64,000 nt of DNA from positions 1 to 64,000 of the IMG/VR virus record IMGVR_UViG_3300014204_000151; one strand, 5' to 3'. Every line of letters begins with the position of its first letter. Positions within the stretch are counted from its first letter, which is position 1. This DNA comes from a virus. Taxonomy: Duplodnaviria > Caudoviricetes. Below, one piece after another: positions 8,164 to 18,670 of the stretch. Under the pieces are notes generated by a model, which saw only the letters and a list, made by a program, of their open reading frames with translations, ran no database searches and was not told where the DNA came from. Position numbers and translations under genes: made by a program.

Positions 8164-8337
8164 TTAAATTTTTGAGAGTTATGATAGTATGGAGGCTCTT
8201 TTTTAAAAATAACTATACCCATTAGTTACGGTTAGCATAACTAATTACTGTTATGGACGGGAATATTGGAACTGAAGACACGATAAGAAAGTTTAAGAAG
8301 CTTGGCAAAAAAGATTTGATAATTTGTTAGGAGAAGT

Positions 8338-10302
8338 ATGGTTGCCAAGAAACATATGTTTGTTGTTTATCAGATTCGGAATCTAGTTAATGGTAAAAGT
8401 TATATTGGTCGGTTTAAAAATAGGAGGACATCTGTGACATTTGAACTTTATATAGAATATTTAAAATCTCATATTTCAAATTTTAAATCCACCAACAAAG
8501 GAAAACTTCGCCTTACATGTGTCAACCAGACAAAACATCCATATCAATCAAATATTCCCACAATGGAGTGGATTTCTGGTTCAGAAAAATTTTGTTGCTT
8601 AATTTGTGGATGGAGAGGCAAAATAATTGATTGTGTTCGTCTTTTAGAACCAGATAAAGCTACAATGTCAGAGGAAGAAATATTAAATTATCTTTCTTCT
8701 ACCAATAAAAAAGAATATCCAGAATTAAGTGTTTATCAGAAATATGGATTTTCATTGGTAAGAGAAGCGAAGAACGGACGATCTCCGTTTGATGATGGGT
8801 GGACTAAAACTCCAAAATATAATATTGCTGAGTGGAAACAATGGTTAGATAAAGGGTATAATATTGCTTTAATGACTGGAGAGTTTAGTAAATGTACAGG
8901 TATAGATTTTGACTTATATAAGATTAAAGAGCATACAGAAAATACCCAGAAAATATTAGAGTGGTTGGAATCTGCACAAACATTGGTTCAAACATCTCGC
9001 TCTGGTGGTAAGCATTATTTTTTTACGTATGACCCAGACTTTAAAAATGACCAACCGGAGGGGCTTTATCTTGATATTAAAAATAATGGTGGGGCTATAA
9101 CATTACAACCTTCTAAAATTGATGGAAAATATTATGAATTTATTAACCTTGGTGCAGAGATAAAACCAATACCAAAAGAATTAAAGGAGTTTCTTTTAAA
9201 TTATAAACCAAAAAGACCGGAAGTTAAAACCGTAGAGCAAGATGAAATACAAAAAATGGAAGGTATTAAAACTTTTGGAGACGGTGATGGTAGAAATGTT
9301 TTGATTACTTCTTTAGGAGGACTATTTGTAAATAGATTTCAACCCGATGATACAGAATTTATAATGAATGTAATAAACAATAAATTTTTTAATCCAAGAT
9401 TATCTCCATCGGAAATAACTGCGAGTTTAAAAAGTTTAACTGGATATAAACAAAATGCAGAATTATCACAAGGAGAAAAAGTATTTGAATATTTAAAAGA
9501 AATGAAAGATGTTACTCCGTTGGATACTAAAGATAGTTTACAGTTGAGCCGGGCAATAGTAGATAAGTGGTTATCTTTATTTGTAAAAAAGGGTAAAGCT
9601 ATTAGGATTGGAAAAGGAAGAGGAGTACATTATCAATATAAAGAGAAAGTAGATTGGTCTGATGAGTTGCCGGAGAATAAAAATAATAGTTTACCTTATC
9701 AAGTTCCATGGTTCAGTCATATCCACAATTTTTCAGTTTCTGATATGATGATTCTCGGAGGTTTGCCAGGTAGTACCAAAACCTCGTGTGCGATGAATAT
9801 TATTAAACAAATGTCATTGCAAGGAGTAAAGGTTCATTATATTGGAACAGAGGCCGGTTCAAGATATAACTCAACCTGCGAAAAATTAGGAATTAAGAGT
9901 GGAGATTTTTATAGATTAAAAAATGATGAAGAACAAATAAATCCGTTAGGTATAGAATTAGAACCTAATAGTTTTACAATACTTGATTGGTTGGATATTC
10001 AAGATTTTTCTGAGACTCATATTATAATGAAACATTTGAATGATGAATTAAAAAAGTCAAAAGGATTTTTGGTTATATTCACCCAATTAAAAAAAGAAAG
10101 TTATGATTACTTTAGCAAGAACTTGATTGATTTTTATGCTGCATTTGCGGCAAGATATATTTTTGATGATAGGAGTCAAGGATTAGGACATTGGGTTGTG
10201 GATAAGGTTCGGGAAGCAAAAATAGCATATCAGGATTATAGCTCAGTTAATATGATTTTTAATTATAAAACGTATGAATTAAATCGGGTTGAGAATCTAT
10301 GA
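8338..10302 (+). CDS. primase-polymerase (AEP/Prim-Pol) fused to RecA-family helicase-like domain, N-terminal zinc-binding region
   Basis: NIALMTG...GIDFD...QTSRSGGKHYFF...DIKNNGGAITLQPS; GRNVLITSLGG; P-loop-like GLPGSTKT; TILD. Confidence 0.8.
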   Translation: MVAKKHMFVVYQIRNLVNGKSYIGRFKNRRTSVTFELYIEYLKSHISNFKSTNKGKLRLTCVNQTKHPYQSNIPTMEWISGSEKFCCLICGWRGKIIDCVRLLEPDKATMSEEEILNYLSSTNKKEYPELSVYQKYGFSLVREAKNGRSPFDDGWTKTPKYNIAEWKQWLDKGYNIALMTGEFSKCTGIDFDLYKIKEHTENTQKILEWLESAQTLVQTSRSGGKHYFFTYDPDFKNDQPEGLYLDIKNNGGAITLQPSKIDGKYYEFINLGAEIKPIPKELKEFLLNYKPKRPEVKTVEQDEIQKMEGIKTFGDGDGRNVLITSLGGLFVNRFQPDDTEFIMNVINNKFFNPRLSPSEITASLKSLTGYKQNAELSQGEKVFEYLKEMKDVTPLDTKDSLQLSRAIVDKWLSLFVKKGKAIRIGKGRGVHYQYKEKVDWSDELPENKNNSLPYQVPWFSHIHNFSVSDMMILGGLPGSTKTSCAMNIIKQMSLQGVKVHYIGTEAGSRYNSTCEKLGIKSGDFYRLKNDEEQINPLGIELEPNSFTILDWLDIQDFSETHIIMKHLNDELKKSKGFLVIFTQLKKESYDYFSKNLIDFYAAFAARYIFDDRSQGLGHWVVDKVREAKIAYQDYSSVNMIFNYKTYELNRVENL

Positions 10303-10419
10303 TAATAATAAACATAGACATTGTTTAAATTTTGCCATGATTTCTATATTACCTAAACTTACTGGAAAATTTTTAATTAAAGTATTTAATTGGGTTTTAG
10401 AAATAGGAAAAAGTGTATA

Positions 10420-10440
10420 AATAATATTGTATGTTATATT
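10420..10440 (+). promoter_or_regulatory. phage promoter motif copy
   Basis: AATAATATTGTATGTTATATT. Confidence 0.6.
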
Positions 10441-10465
10441 TGTATTAAGGAAATAAAGGATAATC

Positions 10466-10807
10466 ATGCAAACTAAAAAAGAAAAAGGTAATGACCTTGA
10501 AAATTTAATTATAGAATACCTAAAACCAATAGACTCTTCGGTTAGGAGGAGTCGGGCTTCTGGGGCTTCTAATGATATTGGCGATGTAGTATGTAAAAAT
10601 TACTATGTGGAATGTAAATCGTGGAATAAAGAGAATGTAATTATAGACCAAAAAATATGGCAACACTTACTTAACCAATTACCCATAAATAGCAGTAAGG
10701 TTCCACTATTAATACAAAAGAGTAATAATGGTAGGATATTTGTAAGTTTAGAGATTAAAGATTTTTTTAATTTACTTTATAAATTACATAAGTCGGGAGG
10801 ATTATAA
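10466..10807 (+). CDS. Hjc-type (PD-(D/E)XK) Holliday junction resolvase
   Basis: KGNDLE...RRSRASGA...GDV...VECKS. Confidence 0.75.
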   Translation: MQTKKEKGNDLENLIIEYLKPIDSSVRRSRASGASNDIGDVVCKNYYVECKSWNKENVIIDQKIWQHLLNQLPINSSKVPLLIQKSNNGRIFVSLEIKDFFNLLYKLHKSGGL

Positions 10808-11004
10808 TGAATAAAAAAATTAAACTACCAACAAGAGAAGAACTGATAGAATTAATTGTTGATGTGGAGTCTACCAGTGATACGAGAGATTGGTATGCTA
10901 CAGTTGGAAAAACTAAAGAAGAAATTGCTATAATGAGGGATAATAATTTTAAGCGAATTGGAGAAATTGCCGACGAGGTTATAAGAATTTTAAAAAATGA
11001 GTAA
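10807..11004 (+). CDS. hypothetical protein
   Basis: GGAGG RBS, 65 aa. Confidence 0.6.
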   Translation: MNKKIKLPTREELIELIVDVESTSDTRDWYATVGKTKEEIAIMRDNNFKRIGEIADEVIRILKNE

Positions 11005-11173
11005 AAAAATCAGTATTGTAGTAAGAGAAGAAACTCCTATAATTATGTCTTTATTTGGTATAAATAAATTTTATAAAGTTATGAGCCAAAGAAATATATT
11101 ATTACCAAAGTTTTTAACCGAGGAGCAATTAAATAATTTATTAGACGGAGATATTGATATATTGATAAAATAA
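10997..11173 (+). CDS. small hypothetical protein (58 aa)
   Basis: MSKKISIVVREETPII...; fills the gap up to the next promoter. Confidence 0.5.
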   Translation: MSKKISIVVREETPIIMSLFGINKFYKVMSQRNILLPKFLTEEQLNNLLDGDIDILIK

Positions 11174-11189
11174 TATTATATGTTATACT
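11169..11189 (+). promoter_or_regulatory. phage promoter motif copy
   Basis: AATAATATTATATGTTATACT, with TTGATA 16 bp upstream. Confidence 0.8.
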
Positions 11190-11208
11190 ATAGATAGAGG
11201 GGTGTCCG

Positions 11209-11742
11209 ATGGAAAATAAAATTCATAATGTCAAAGAAGTATGGGGTAAAGAGTGGGAGGAGCTTCTTACCGGTGTTAAAGATAGAACAGGATTTTTCGG
11301 GTATAATAATTTTTATTATTGGTTAAAAAATAAAATCGATAATATTAGATTATTTCCAAGAGAAGTAAAGTGGAAGATACAAAGAATGAATAGGGGGTTC
11401 TCAGACCTCGATTGCTGGGGATTTGACTATTATTTAACCGATGTTATTTTAGGTGGAATAAAACAATTAAAAAATAATTGTGGTGGTTATCCTGGAAATT
11501 TAAAAAATAAGAAAGAATGGATTATTATTCTCGATAAGATAATTTATACTTTTACTGTTGCTAAAAATGTTTTAGATAATAATTGGTATTATGTATCATC
11601 AAAAAATTATAATAAAAAATGTTTTATTGAGACACGAAAAAAAGCAAGTGGAGTATTTCATTTTATGACTTTAGATGAATGTAAAAAGTATGAGAATGGG
11701 TGGAAATTATTTCAGCAATATTTTTTTTCATTATGGAATTGA
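11209..11742 (+). CDS. conserved-looking phage hypothetical protein
   Basis: QRMNRGFSDLDCWGFDYYL...GYPGN...EWIIILDKII...GWKLFQQYFFSLW. Confidence 0.7.
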   Translation: MENKIHNVKEVWGKEWEELLTGVKDRTGFFGYNNFYYWLKNKIDNIRLFPREVKWKIQRMNRGFSDLDCWGFDYYLTDVILGGIKQLKNNCGGYPGNLKNKKEWIIILDKIIYTFTVAKNVLDNNWYYVSSKNYNKKCFIETRKKASGVFHFMTLDECKKYENGWKLFQQYFFSLWN

Positions 11743-11752
11743 AGGAGGTATT

Positions 11753-11905
11753 ATGGAATTCTGTTTTTATTGTAGAAAAAATGTTCCTACCAATATAAGC
11801 GAATTTAATTTTGAAGAGAATGGAAAGAAGGTTAATATTACCGAATATAAATGCATGTATTGTGGAAAAACAATAAAGATTTATAGGGAGGAAAAAAGTG
11901 TTTGA
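11753..11905 (+). CDS. small zinc-ribbon protein
   Basis: GGAGG RBS, CFYC...CMYC. Confidence 0.65.
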   Translation: MEFCFYCRKNVPTNISEFNFEENGKKVNITEYKCMYCGKTIKIYREEKSV

Positions 11906-12827
11906 AAGTAAAGTAAATATATATTGTGGAGATTCTAAAGATATACTAAAACAATTTCCAGATAATAGTGTGGATTGTTGTATTACGTCTCCACCATATT
12001 ACGGTTTAAGAGACTATGGAGTTAAAGGGCAGTTAGGGCTTGAAAAAACACCTGAAGAGTATGTTATTAAGTTGGTTGATTGTTTTAAAGAAGTTAAAAG
12101 AGTGTTAAAAAATGAAGGAACACTTTGGTTAAATTTAGGAGATAGTTATGCCGGTAGACAAGTTGCCGGAGATAAAAAATTTGGTAACGAAGAATTTAAT
12201 AAGAATCGTCCATCGAGAGAAAGAACATTAACCCCCGAAAGAAAGCGAGTGAGTTGGTTAGAGCCTAAAAATCTTATAGGAATACCATGGAAAGTTGCTT
12301 TCGCATTACAAACAGATGGTTGGATTTTACGCCAGGATATAATTTGGAACAAAACTAATCCTATGCCTGAAAGTGTAAGAGACAGATGTACTAAGTCCCA
12401 CGAATATATATTTTTGTTATCAAAATCACCAAAATATTATTTTGACTATAAAAAAATGCAGGAGCCAACAAAAGATATAAATACAAAACCGAGAAAATTT
12501 AGGAAAAGTGGAATAGCTGAATGTTTGAGAAATGATACAGGTAATGAATATATTCCAAGATTGATGCGAAACAAGCGTTCGGTATGGACTGTTTCTACAA
12601 AACCATTTAAGGGTTCTCATTTCGCAACTTTTCCAGAGGATTTAATTAAACCGTGTGTCTTAGCGGGATGTCCAGAGGCAGGTGTTGTTTTAGATCCTTT
12701 TGCCGGTGCGGGAACTTCGGGGGTTGTGGCTCTAAAAAATAATAGAAAATTCGTTGGAATTGAGCTTAACCAAAAATATATAGATGAAATAATTATACCA
12801 AGATTAAAAACTATAAAGGAGAGTTAA
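11898..12827 (+). CDS. amino-DNA methyltransferase (N4-C/N6-A, beta class)
   Basis: ITSPPYY catalytic motif; HFATFP; VLDPFAGAGT SAM motif. Confidence 0.92.
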   Translation: MFESKVNIYCGDSKDILKQFPDNSVDCCITSPPYYGLRDYGVKGQLGLEKTPEEYVIKLVDCFKEVKRVLKNEGTLWLNLGDSYAGRQVAGDKKFGNEEFNKNRPSRERTLTPERKRVSWLEPKNLIGIPWKVAFALQTDGWILRQDIIWNKTNPMPESVRDRCTKSHEYIFLLSKSPKYYFDYKKMQEPTKDINTKPRKFRKSGIAECLRNDTGNEYIPRLMRNKRSVWTVSTKPFKGSHFATFPEDLIKPCVLAGCPEAGVVLDPFAGAGTSGVVALKNNRKFVGIELNQKYIDEIIIPRLKTIKES

Positions 12828-12828
12828 A

Positions 12829-13854
12829 ATGGGTAGACCAAAGGGGAGTGTTGGAAAAAGGAAAAAGGAATTACCGGAAATAATTGAGCCAGAATTGCAA
12901 GAAGATAAAGATAGTAAAATAAAAGTTGGAGAAGTTATAGTTCCAAAGAAAGAAGAAATTAAACTTACTAAAGAACAAATTGAGAAAAAAGAGAGGTTGA
13001 ATAATGTATTAAGAGAGATAAATAAAAATAATGGGAAAGATACTGTTAAATTTGCCAAGGATGAGCCGATAAAAGAAAAAATACCAACTGGATTAGAAAG
13101 TATTGATAATTTTACCGGGGGCGGAATTTGCGTTCGAGGTAACATAAGTATTGTCTACGGAGGGGAGGGGGTTGGCAAATCCTCGTTAGTATATTATACA
13201 ATCGCTCAAGCTCAAAAGCAAGGATTAACCTGTGCTTATTTTGATTTGGAACATGGATTTAATAAAGAGAGAGCATCACTGTTGGGGGTAAATTTAGAAT
13301 CTCTTGTAGTTGTAGAAGCCGTAGATTCTGCGGAGCAAGCTATGGATTTTGTCATAACTATGGCAAAAGAGAAGGTTGTTGATTTTTGTGCAATTGATTC
13401 GGTTCAAGCCTTTTCTTGTAAAGCAGAAAATGAATCTAAGGCAGGAAAAGAGCGAAAAATGGAAGAAGATGAGATTGCTTTATTGGCTAAAAAAATGGGA
13501 AAGTTTTGTAGACGAGTGGGAACTCCTATTTATAGGGGCCAAGTAGCATTACTGTTGGTGGGGCAATCTCGTACAGGTGGGATTGGTGGATTTGCTACTC
13601 ATGAAGAGCTTACCGGTGGGAGAGCGCAGAAGTTTTGGAGTCTTTTAACTCTATTTATTCGCAAAGGTCAAAGCGTAGATGCTCCAGTTGAAAAAATAGA
13701 AGTTAATGGTGAAAAGAAAACTGTGAAGATAGGTTTTGATTGTGTGATTAAGATAGAAAAAACAAAAGTATCGGGTTCTAAAACAGAACAATCAGAGATA
13801 CATATACCCTATTATTTTAAAACCGGTTATAATGACGAACAAGCTTATGAATAG
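12829..13854 (+). CDS. recA: RecA/UvsX recombinase
   Basis: IPTGLESID, Walker A GGEGVGKSS, YFDLEHG, AIDSVQA, TGGRAQKF. Confidence 0.9.
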   Translation: MGRPKGSVGKRKKELPEIIEPELQEDKDSKIKVGEVIVPKKEEIKLTKEQIEKKERLNNVLREINKNNGKDTVKFAKDEPIKEKIPTGLESIDNFTGGGICVRGNISIVYGGEGVGKSSLVYYTIAQAQKQGLTCAYFDLEHGFNKERASLLGVNLESLVVVEAVDSAEQAMDFVITMAKEKVVDFCAIDSVQAFSCKAENESKAGKERKMEEDEIALLAKKMGKFCRRVGTPIYRGQVALLLVGQSRTGGIGGFATHEELTGGRAQKFWSLLTLFIRKGQSVDAPVEKIEVNGEKKTVKIGFDCVIKIEKTKVSGSKTEQSEIHIPYYFKTGYNDEQAYE

Positions 13855-14614
13855 TAGTGATTATTCTAAACAGAATAAATGTTTAGATTGCAATATTTTA
13901 ATTTCTAACAAAGCAAAACGATGTAAAGTCTGCGCTAATAAAGGAGAAAGAAATCTTTTATTTGGAAAAAAATTAACCAAAAATCATCGGCACAATATAA
14001 GCAAAGCACTAAAAGGAAGACCAAAAACACACGGAGAGACTCTAATTCAACATTATTGTATAGTTTGTAAAATAAATAAAATTTCTTATCCCACTTGGTT
14101 ATATGGAAAGAAAATGTGTAATGCTTGTAAAAATAAGAAAAAACTTAATCCTAATTATAAAGGAAATTTTCACCAAATAAAATGTAACTATTGTAAAAAA
14201 ATATATATTATATCACATTGGAAGTTTAAAAATAATACTAATTGTTTTTGTTCTCGAGAATGTCGCTATGGTTTTCAGTCCGATAATATGAAAGGGAGAA
14301 AGAATCCGCTGTTTGGCAAAATAACTCATGGAAAAGGGGCATATTATAAAAATATATGGATGAGGTCTTCTTACGAAATAAGATATGCTAAATATTTAGA
14401 TTATATAGGGGTTAGATGGAGTTATGAGTCAAAGGTTTTTGACCTAGGTAATACTACTTATACCCCCGACTTTTATTTACTTGACTATAATACTTATATT
14501 GAAGTTAAGGGCTGGTGGAGACCAGATGCCATTAAAAAATTTAGAAAATTCAGAAGAATATATCCGCAAATTAAAACAGTTGTATTAAATGAAAAAGATA
14601 TAGATACAGACTAA
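13832..14614 (+). CDS. homing-type endonuclease (NUMOD3, Cys-rich region, PD-(D/E)XK)
   Basis: HRHNISKALKG; MRSSYE...YTPDFYL...YIEVKG. Confidence 0.75.
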   Translation: MTNKLMNSSDYSKQNKCLDCNILISNKAKRCKVCANKGERNLLFGKKLTKNHRHNISKALKGRPKTHGETLIQHYCIVCKINKISYPTWLYGKKMCNACKNKKKLNPNYKGNFHQIKCNYCKKIYIISHWKFKNNTNCFCSRECRYGFQSDNMKGRKNPLFGKITHGKGAYYKNIWMRSSYEIRYAKYLDYIGVRWSYESKVFDLGNTTYTPDFYLLDYNTYIEVKGWWRPDAIKKFRKFRRIYPQIKTVVLNEKDIDTD

Positions 14615-14617
14615 AAT

Positions 14618-14878
14618 ATGATTACTAAATCTTCTACTAATATGAAAGAAATTATAGCAACCTTAAATATCTCATTTAATTATGGTGGCAGAGAATTTAC
14701 TATGCCTATTGAAGATTATATTGACCAAGATTATGAATTTGATGAATACAATGCTACATGTAAATATTGTAATAAAAGTGGTTTGAGATGGGAAAAACAA
14801 GATAATGGTAAGTGGAGGTTAATGGAATTAGATATTAATATGTGTGAGTTTATTCATAATTGTAGGAGGTTGATATGA
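14618..14878 (+). CDS. hypothetical protein
   Basis: CKYC...W...W...H.C motif. Confidence 0.55.
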   Translation: MITKSSTNMKEIIATLNISFNYGGREFTMPIEDYIDQDYEFDEYNATCKYCNKSGLRWEKQDNGKWRLMELDINMCEFIHNCRRLI

Positions 14879-15135
14879 GTTGTGGGGATATAAAAGAAAT
14901 TAGTTGTAATAACAGTGGCTATTGTAATTACAGATATTTAAGTTCATGTGGATTCGGTTGTTCTTATTGTGGATATTGTGATTATCAAGTACCTAAAGAT
15001 AGTCGTAATAGAAGCACAACTTTGCCATATAATCAAGAAGTAGAATTTTTAAATAAGGAAGATAAAGAGAAAGATATACCCAATGAAAACATCGAACCCC
15101 CGCCATATGACCGTATTATAGAGGGTGGGTTCTAA
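14875..15135 (+). CDS. Cys-rich hypothetical protein
   Basis: GGAGG RBS; 7 Cys in the N-terminal 40 aa. Confidence 0.55.
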   Translation: MSCGDIKEISCNNSGYCNYRYLSSCGFGCSYCGYCDYQVPKDSRNRSTTLPYNQEVEFLNKEDKEKDIPNENIEPPPYDRIIEGGF

Positions 15136-15161
15136 CTTGTCGAAGCCAAAGGAGTGTCCAC

Positions 15162-15716
15162 ATGAATAAAAATGTTTTAGTTAAAGAGTTAAATTTAATT
15201 CAAGACCCTCTAATAAAAGAGTGGACATCAAAAACATTAGCAAATGCTCCAGATTACTTTTATGTTGCACAAGCGTCTTCAACTGGCAAATACCATCCAA
15301 GTTGTACTTTGGGAGATGGTGGATTAATAGTACATGTCCAGCGAGCAGTATTTTTTGCTAATAGGTTGTGTGGTATGTTTGGATTTGACCAACATAATAT
15401 TGATATTGTTATTTCTGCTACTATTTTACATGATATTGCAAAGGTTGGAAGAGGATTTGGGAGTATGGACGATTACACAAACCACCCTTTAAATGCCGAA
15501 AAATATTTTGCTAAGGATTGTGAGCTTAATAAAGAACCAAATCAAACTACCACTTCTATCATCAATAATTGCATACGTTTACACATGAGCCGTTGGTCGC
15601 CAGAAGAAGTATTAATACCATTAGAAGACTATTCTTTGGTTGAGTTGTGTGTAACTTTAGCAGATTATTTAGCCACAACAAAAGAGGTTCAAACTTCAGA
15701 GGATAATAAAAGATAA
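15162..15716 (+). CDS. HD-domain phosphohydrolase
   Basis: ASSTGKYHP, GGLIVH, ILHDIAK, HMSRW, LADYLA. Confidence 0.85.
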   Translation: MNKNVLVKELNLIQDPLIKEWTSKTLANAPDYFYVAQASSTGKYHPSCTLGDGGLIVHVQRAVFFANRLCGMFGFDQHNIDIVISATILHDIAKVGRGFGSMDDYTNHPLNAEKYFAKDCELNKEPNQTTTSIINNCIRLHMSRWSPEEVLIPLEDYSLVELCVTLADYLATTKEVQTSEDNKR

Positions 15717-18154
15717 TGCAACTTCCACTTGTTAACATTCACACCGATAAAAACCATATCTTCTTATTCCTAAGAAGAAATAGAAATCTTATTATTCAAC
15801 GGGATTTTTATAAGCAATATTATTATGAAGAGTCTCCTTCTGGAGTTTATCAAACCATTACAGGAAAAAGAGTTAAAAAGATATTATGTAGAGAGCCTTA
15901 TGACGCTCAAAAAAATAAGTCAGATAAGACATTTGAAAATGACTTGAGCCTTTCAAAGCGTTATATTATAGATAAAATTGATTCTTTTACCAAGACAGAT
16001 ATTAAGTATTTATTTATTGGTACCGAGCAGTTAACACCGAGGCTTCCTAATTTTAGAAATCCAATTTATCCGATTGATTGTATAAGTTCTTATGATAATT
16101 ATTCTGAGAAAATACAGACTTGGTTTTTATTAGATTATGAAGGAACAATAGAAGAGCAAGAGAAAAAATTGTTATTAGATTTTATTAGATATTTGAAAGA
16201 ACAAAAGGCGGATCTGTGTTGTGGTTGGAATTTTACTGATTATGATTATCCTTATTTATACAAAAGAATTGAGAAGATTTTAGAATTAAATTTGGCAAGT
16301 GAAATGAGTCCTATAAAAAAAGTGAGAAGAGGTATTAAAGAAGAAAATATATTTTATCCGGCAGGAATTTCAATTATGGATTACATGGGTATGTTTTCTA
16401 AACTTAATAATAAAGAATCGTCTTATGCTTTAGATGAAATTGCACAGAAACATTTAGGAGAATCTTCTTGGCAAAAAACGGATTTTAATAAACTTACCCC
16501 GGATATTAAAGAAAAAAATATTCACGATGTTGACCGACTTGTCTCAATAGAAAAAAAATTTAAACTTATCCCATACTTTGATAATATTAGAATAATGTCA
16601 AAGTGCTTATTTGAAGATGTTCTGGAGAATTCAAGGGTTGTTGATTGTATTGTGTTGAATGAGGCAAAAAAGAAAAGTTTGGTGTTGCCATCTAAAAAGT
16701 TTGGTGACGAATTAACCGAAGATAATGTTGAAAAGTTGGAGGGGGCATACCGGAGAAGTGAGTTAGGAAGGTTTGAAGAGGTTTATGATTTAGACTTAAA
16801 TTCTGCCTATCCTTCCATGATTAAAAATTTTTGCTTGGACACATCAAATCTAAGAGATAAAGAAGGTCAGAATATTGTAAAAATTCCAATTACAGATAGA
16901 GAAACGATAGAGATAAAAAAATGGGTTTACATGTATCAAAACGACCAAGCTATTATTCCTCATACAGTTAATTTACTTTTAAAACATAAGAATGAGTTGA
17001 AGAAACGATTAAAAGAAAAGAATCCAGGTGATAATGACTACAAAGAATTAGAGATTACTTATGCGGCTCAAAAAGGACTCACAAATTCTGGTTTTGGGGT
17101 AATTGCTCTGCGGGTATTCAGATTATTTAACATCGACGTTGCTTCGTGTATTACAAGTTTGGTTAGGGATTTGCTGTACTTTATAGAGGATAAATGTAAT
17201 AAGAATAATATTAAAATTCTTTTTATTGATACAGATTCGTTCGCAGTTTTAGCAAAAGAAAATCCGGTTGAATTATTTAATCAGTGGGTTCAGGATTGGG
17301 TAAAAGAAAAATATAATAAAGAAAGTATTGATTTGGAGTTTACCTATGAAGGAAAGTTTAAGTCTTTATTTTTAACCGGCAATTGTCACATGGTGGGTTG
17401 GTTGGAACGCCCATCTGGGTTAGAAAAAATAACTAAGGGGGTAGAATCTAAAAAAAGAAACTCTAATGATTTTATTAAAGAATTTCAGCCTAAGTTGTAT
17501 GATATGATTCTTGATAACAAAACAAAAGAAGAGTGTATTACTTATATTTTATCAGAATTAAAAAGGATAGAATCGTTGCCGGTGGAAGATGTTTCTTTTC
17601 CTGCAAAGATAGTAGAACAAGAGTATAAAGTAGAAACCGTATTTATTCGAGCAATAAGATTGACCAAAGAATTAAATCCCAATTTCAATGTGGAGATTGG
17701 TAATAATTTTAAATGGCTTTATGTTAAGTCTTTGGGGCAAGAAACTAAAAAAGGAAAACAAAAAGATAAAGAGATAGATATTATCAAAGAAAAAAATGTA
17801 ATAGCCTATACAGATGATTGCAAGGAACATTTATCAAAAGTTATAATTGATTGGGATATGATGAAGAAATTAAATATTCTAAATAAAGCGGTATCAGTAT
17901 TTTACGCTATGGGTTGGATAGTTGGTGAAACAGATAATCAGAAAATGAAGTCATTAAAATTGTTGTTAGGTTTGGCAGAACCAAAACCAGTTAAAATTAA
18001 AAAAGAGAAAGTTGTTAAACCTAAAAAAACTAAGGTTAAGAATAAAGAATTTTTGGATATTGTTGAAGATAAAAATTTATCATTAGTAGAAAAAAATGAG
18101 ACTTTATTAAAAAAAGAAGTTAAACCATACTATATAGAAGATTATTATGAATAA
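15716..18154 (+). CDS. polB: family B DNA polymerase
   Basis: ExoII GWNFTDYD; motif A DLNSAYPSMI; motif B KGLTNSGFG; motif C IDTDS; TKGVE. Confidence 0.92.
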   Translation: MQLPLVNIHTDKNHIFLFLRRNRNLIIQRDFYKQYYYEESPSGVYQTITGKRVKKILCREPYDAQKNKSDKTFENDLSLSKRYIIDKIDSFTKTDIKYLFIGTEQLTPRLPNFRNPIYPIDCISSYDNYSEKIQTWFLLDYEGTIEEQEKKLLLDFIRYLKEQKADLCCGWNFTDYDYPYLYKRIEKILELNLASEMSPIKKVRRGIKEENIFYPAGISIMDYMGMFSKLNNKESSYALDEIAQKHLGESSWQKTDFNKLTPDIKEKNIHDVDRLVSIEKKFKLIPYFDNIRIMSKCLFEDVLENSRVVDCIVLNEAKKKSLVLPSKKFGDELTEDNVEKLEGAYRRSELGRFEEVYDLDLNSAYPSMIKNFCLDTSNLRDKEGQNIVKIPITDRETIEIKKWVYMYQNDQAIIPHTVNLLLKHKNELKKRLKEKNPGDNDYKELEITYAAQKGLTNSGFGVIALRVFRLFNIDVASCITSLVRDLLYFIEDKCNKNNIKILFIDTDSFAVLAKENPVELFNQWVQDWVKEKYNKESIDLEFTYEGKFKSLFLTGNCHMVGWLERPSGLEKITKGVESKKRNSNDFIKEFQPKLYDMILDNKTKEECITYILSELKRIESLPVEDVSFPAKIVEQEYKVETVFIRAIRLTKELNPNFNVEIGNNFKWLYVKSLGQETKKGKQKDKEIDIIKEKNVIAYTDDCKEHLSKVIIDWDMMKKLNILNKAVSVFYAMGWIVGETDNQKMKSLKLLLGLAEPKPVKIKKEKVVKPKKTKVKNKEFLDIVEDKNLSLVEKNETLLKKEVKPYYIEDYYE

Positions 18155-18341
18155 TAGAGGTATGACTGGTAAATTTCACTCAGAAGAAGCCAAACAAAAA
18201 ATGAGCAACAGCCATATAAAAAAATATTGTAAAAGAAATCATTTATTGGATGGAAATAATTTATATCTGAGACCAGATGGAAGTAGAGAATGTAGAATTT
18301 GCAATAATTTAATTCATCAACGGTGGATACAAAACAATTAA
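18147..18341 (+). CDS. NUMOD3 plus CxxxH/CxxC DNA-binding fragment of an HNH endonuclease
   Basis: HSEEAKQKMS, CKRNH...ECRIC. Confidence 0.6.
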   Translation: MNNRGMTGKFHSEEAKQKMSNSHIKKYCKRNHLLDGNNLYLRPDGSRECRICNNLIHQRWIQNN

Positions 18342-18670
18342 TTTGGAGGATTAAAAACAAAAGTGAAAAACCGTGGTATCACAGTTTTATGTCTGCAAAA
18401 AATCGATGTAACAATATCAACAATCAGGATTACAAATATTATGGCGGTAAAGGAATCAAATTTTTAATTACTTTAAAAGATATTGCAAAAATTTGGTTTA
18501 GGGATAAAGCATATCTTATGAAACAACCAAGTATTGATAGAATAGATAACGATGGGAACTATGAACTAAATAATGTTCAATTTATAGAATTAAGTAAAAA
18601 TTGCAGAAAAGATAAAATCGGGAAAAAATTAATAGATGGGAAGATGAGGAAAGTAAACCAGGAGAAATTA
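18323..18670 (+). CDS. HNH-type endonuclease domain, in frame and without a stop into the downstream methyltransferase
   Basis: AKNRCNN...YYGGKGIK...SIDRIDNDGNYELNN. Confidence 0.65.
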
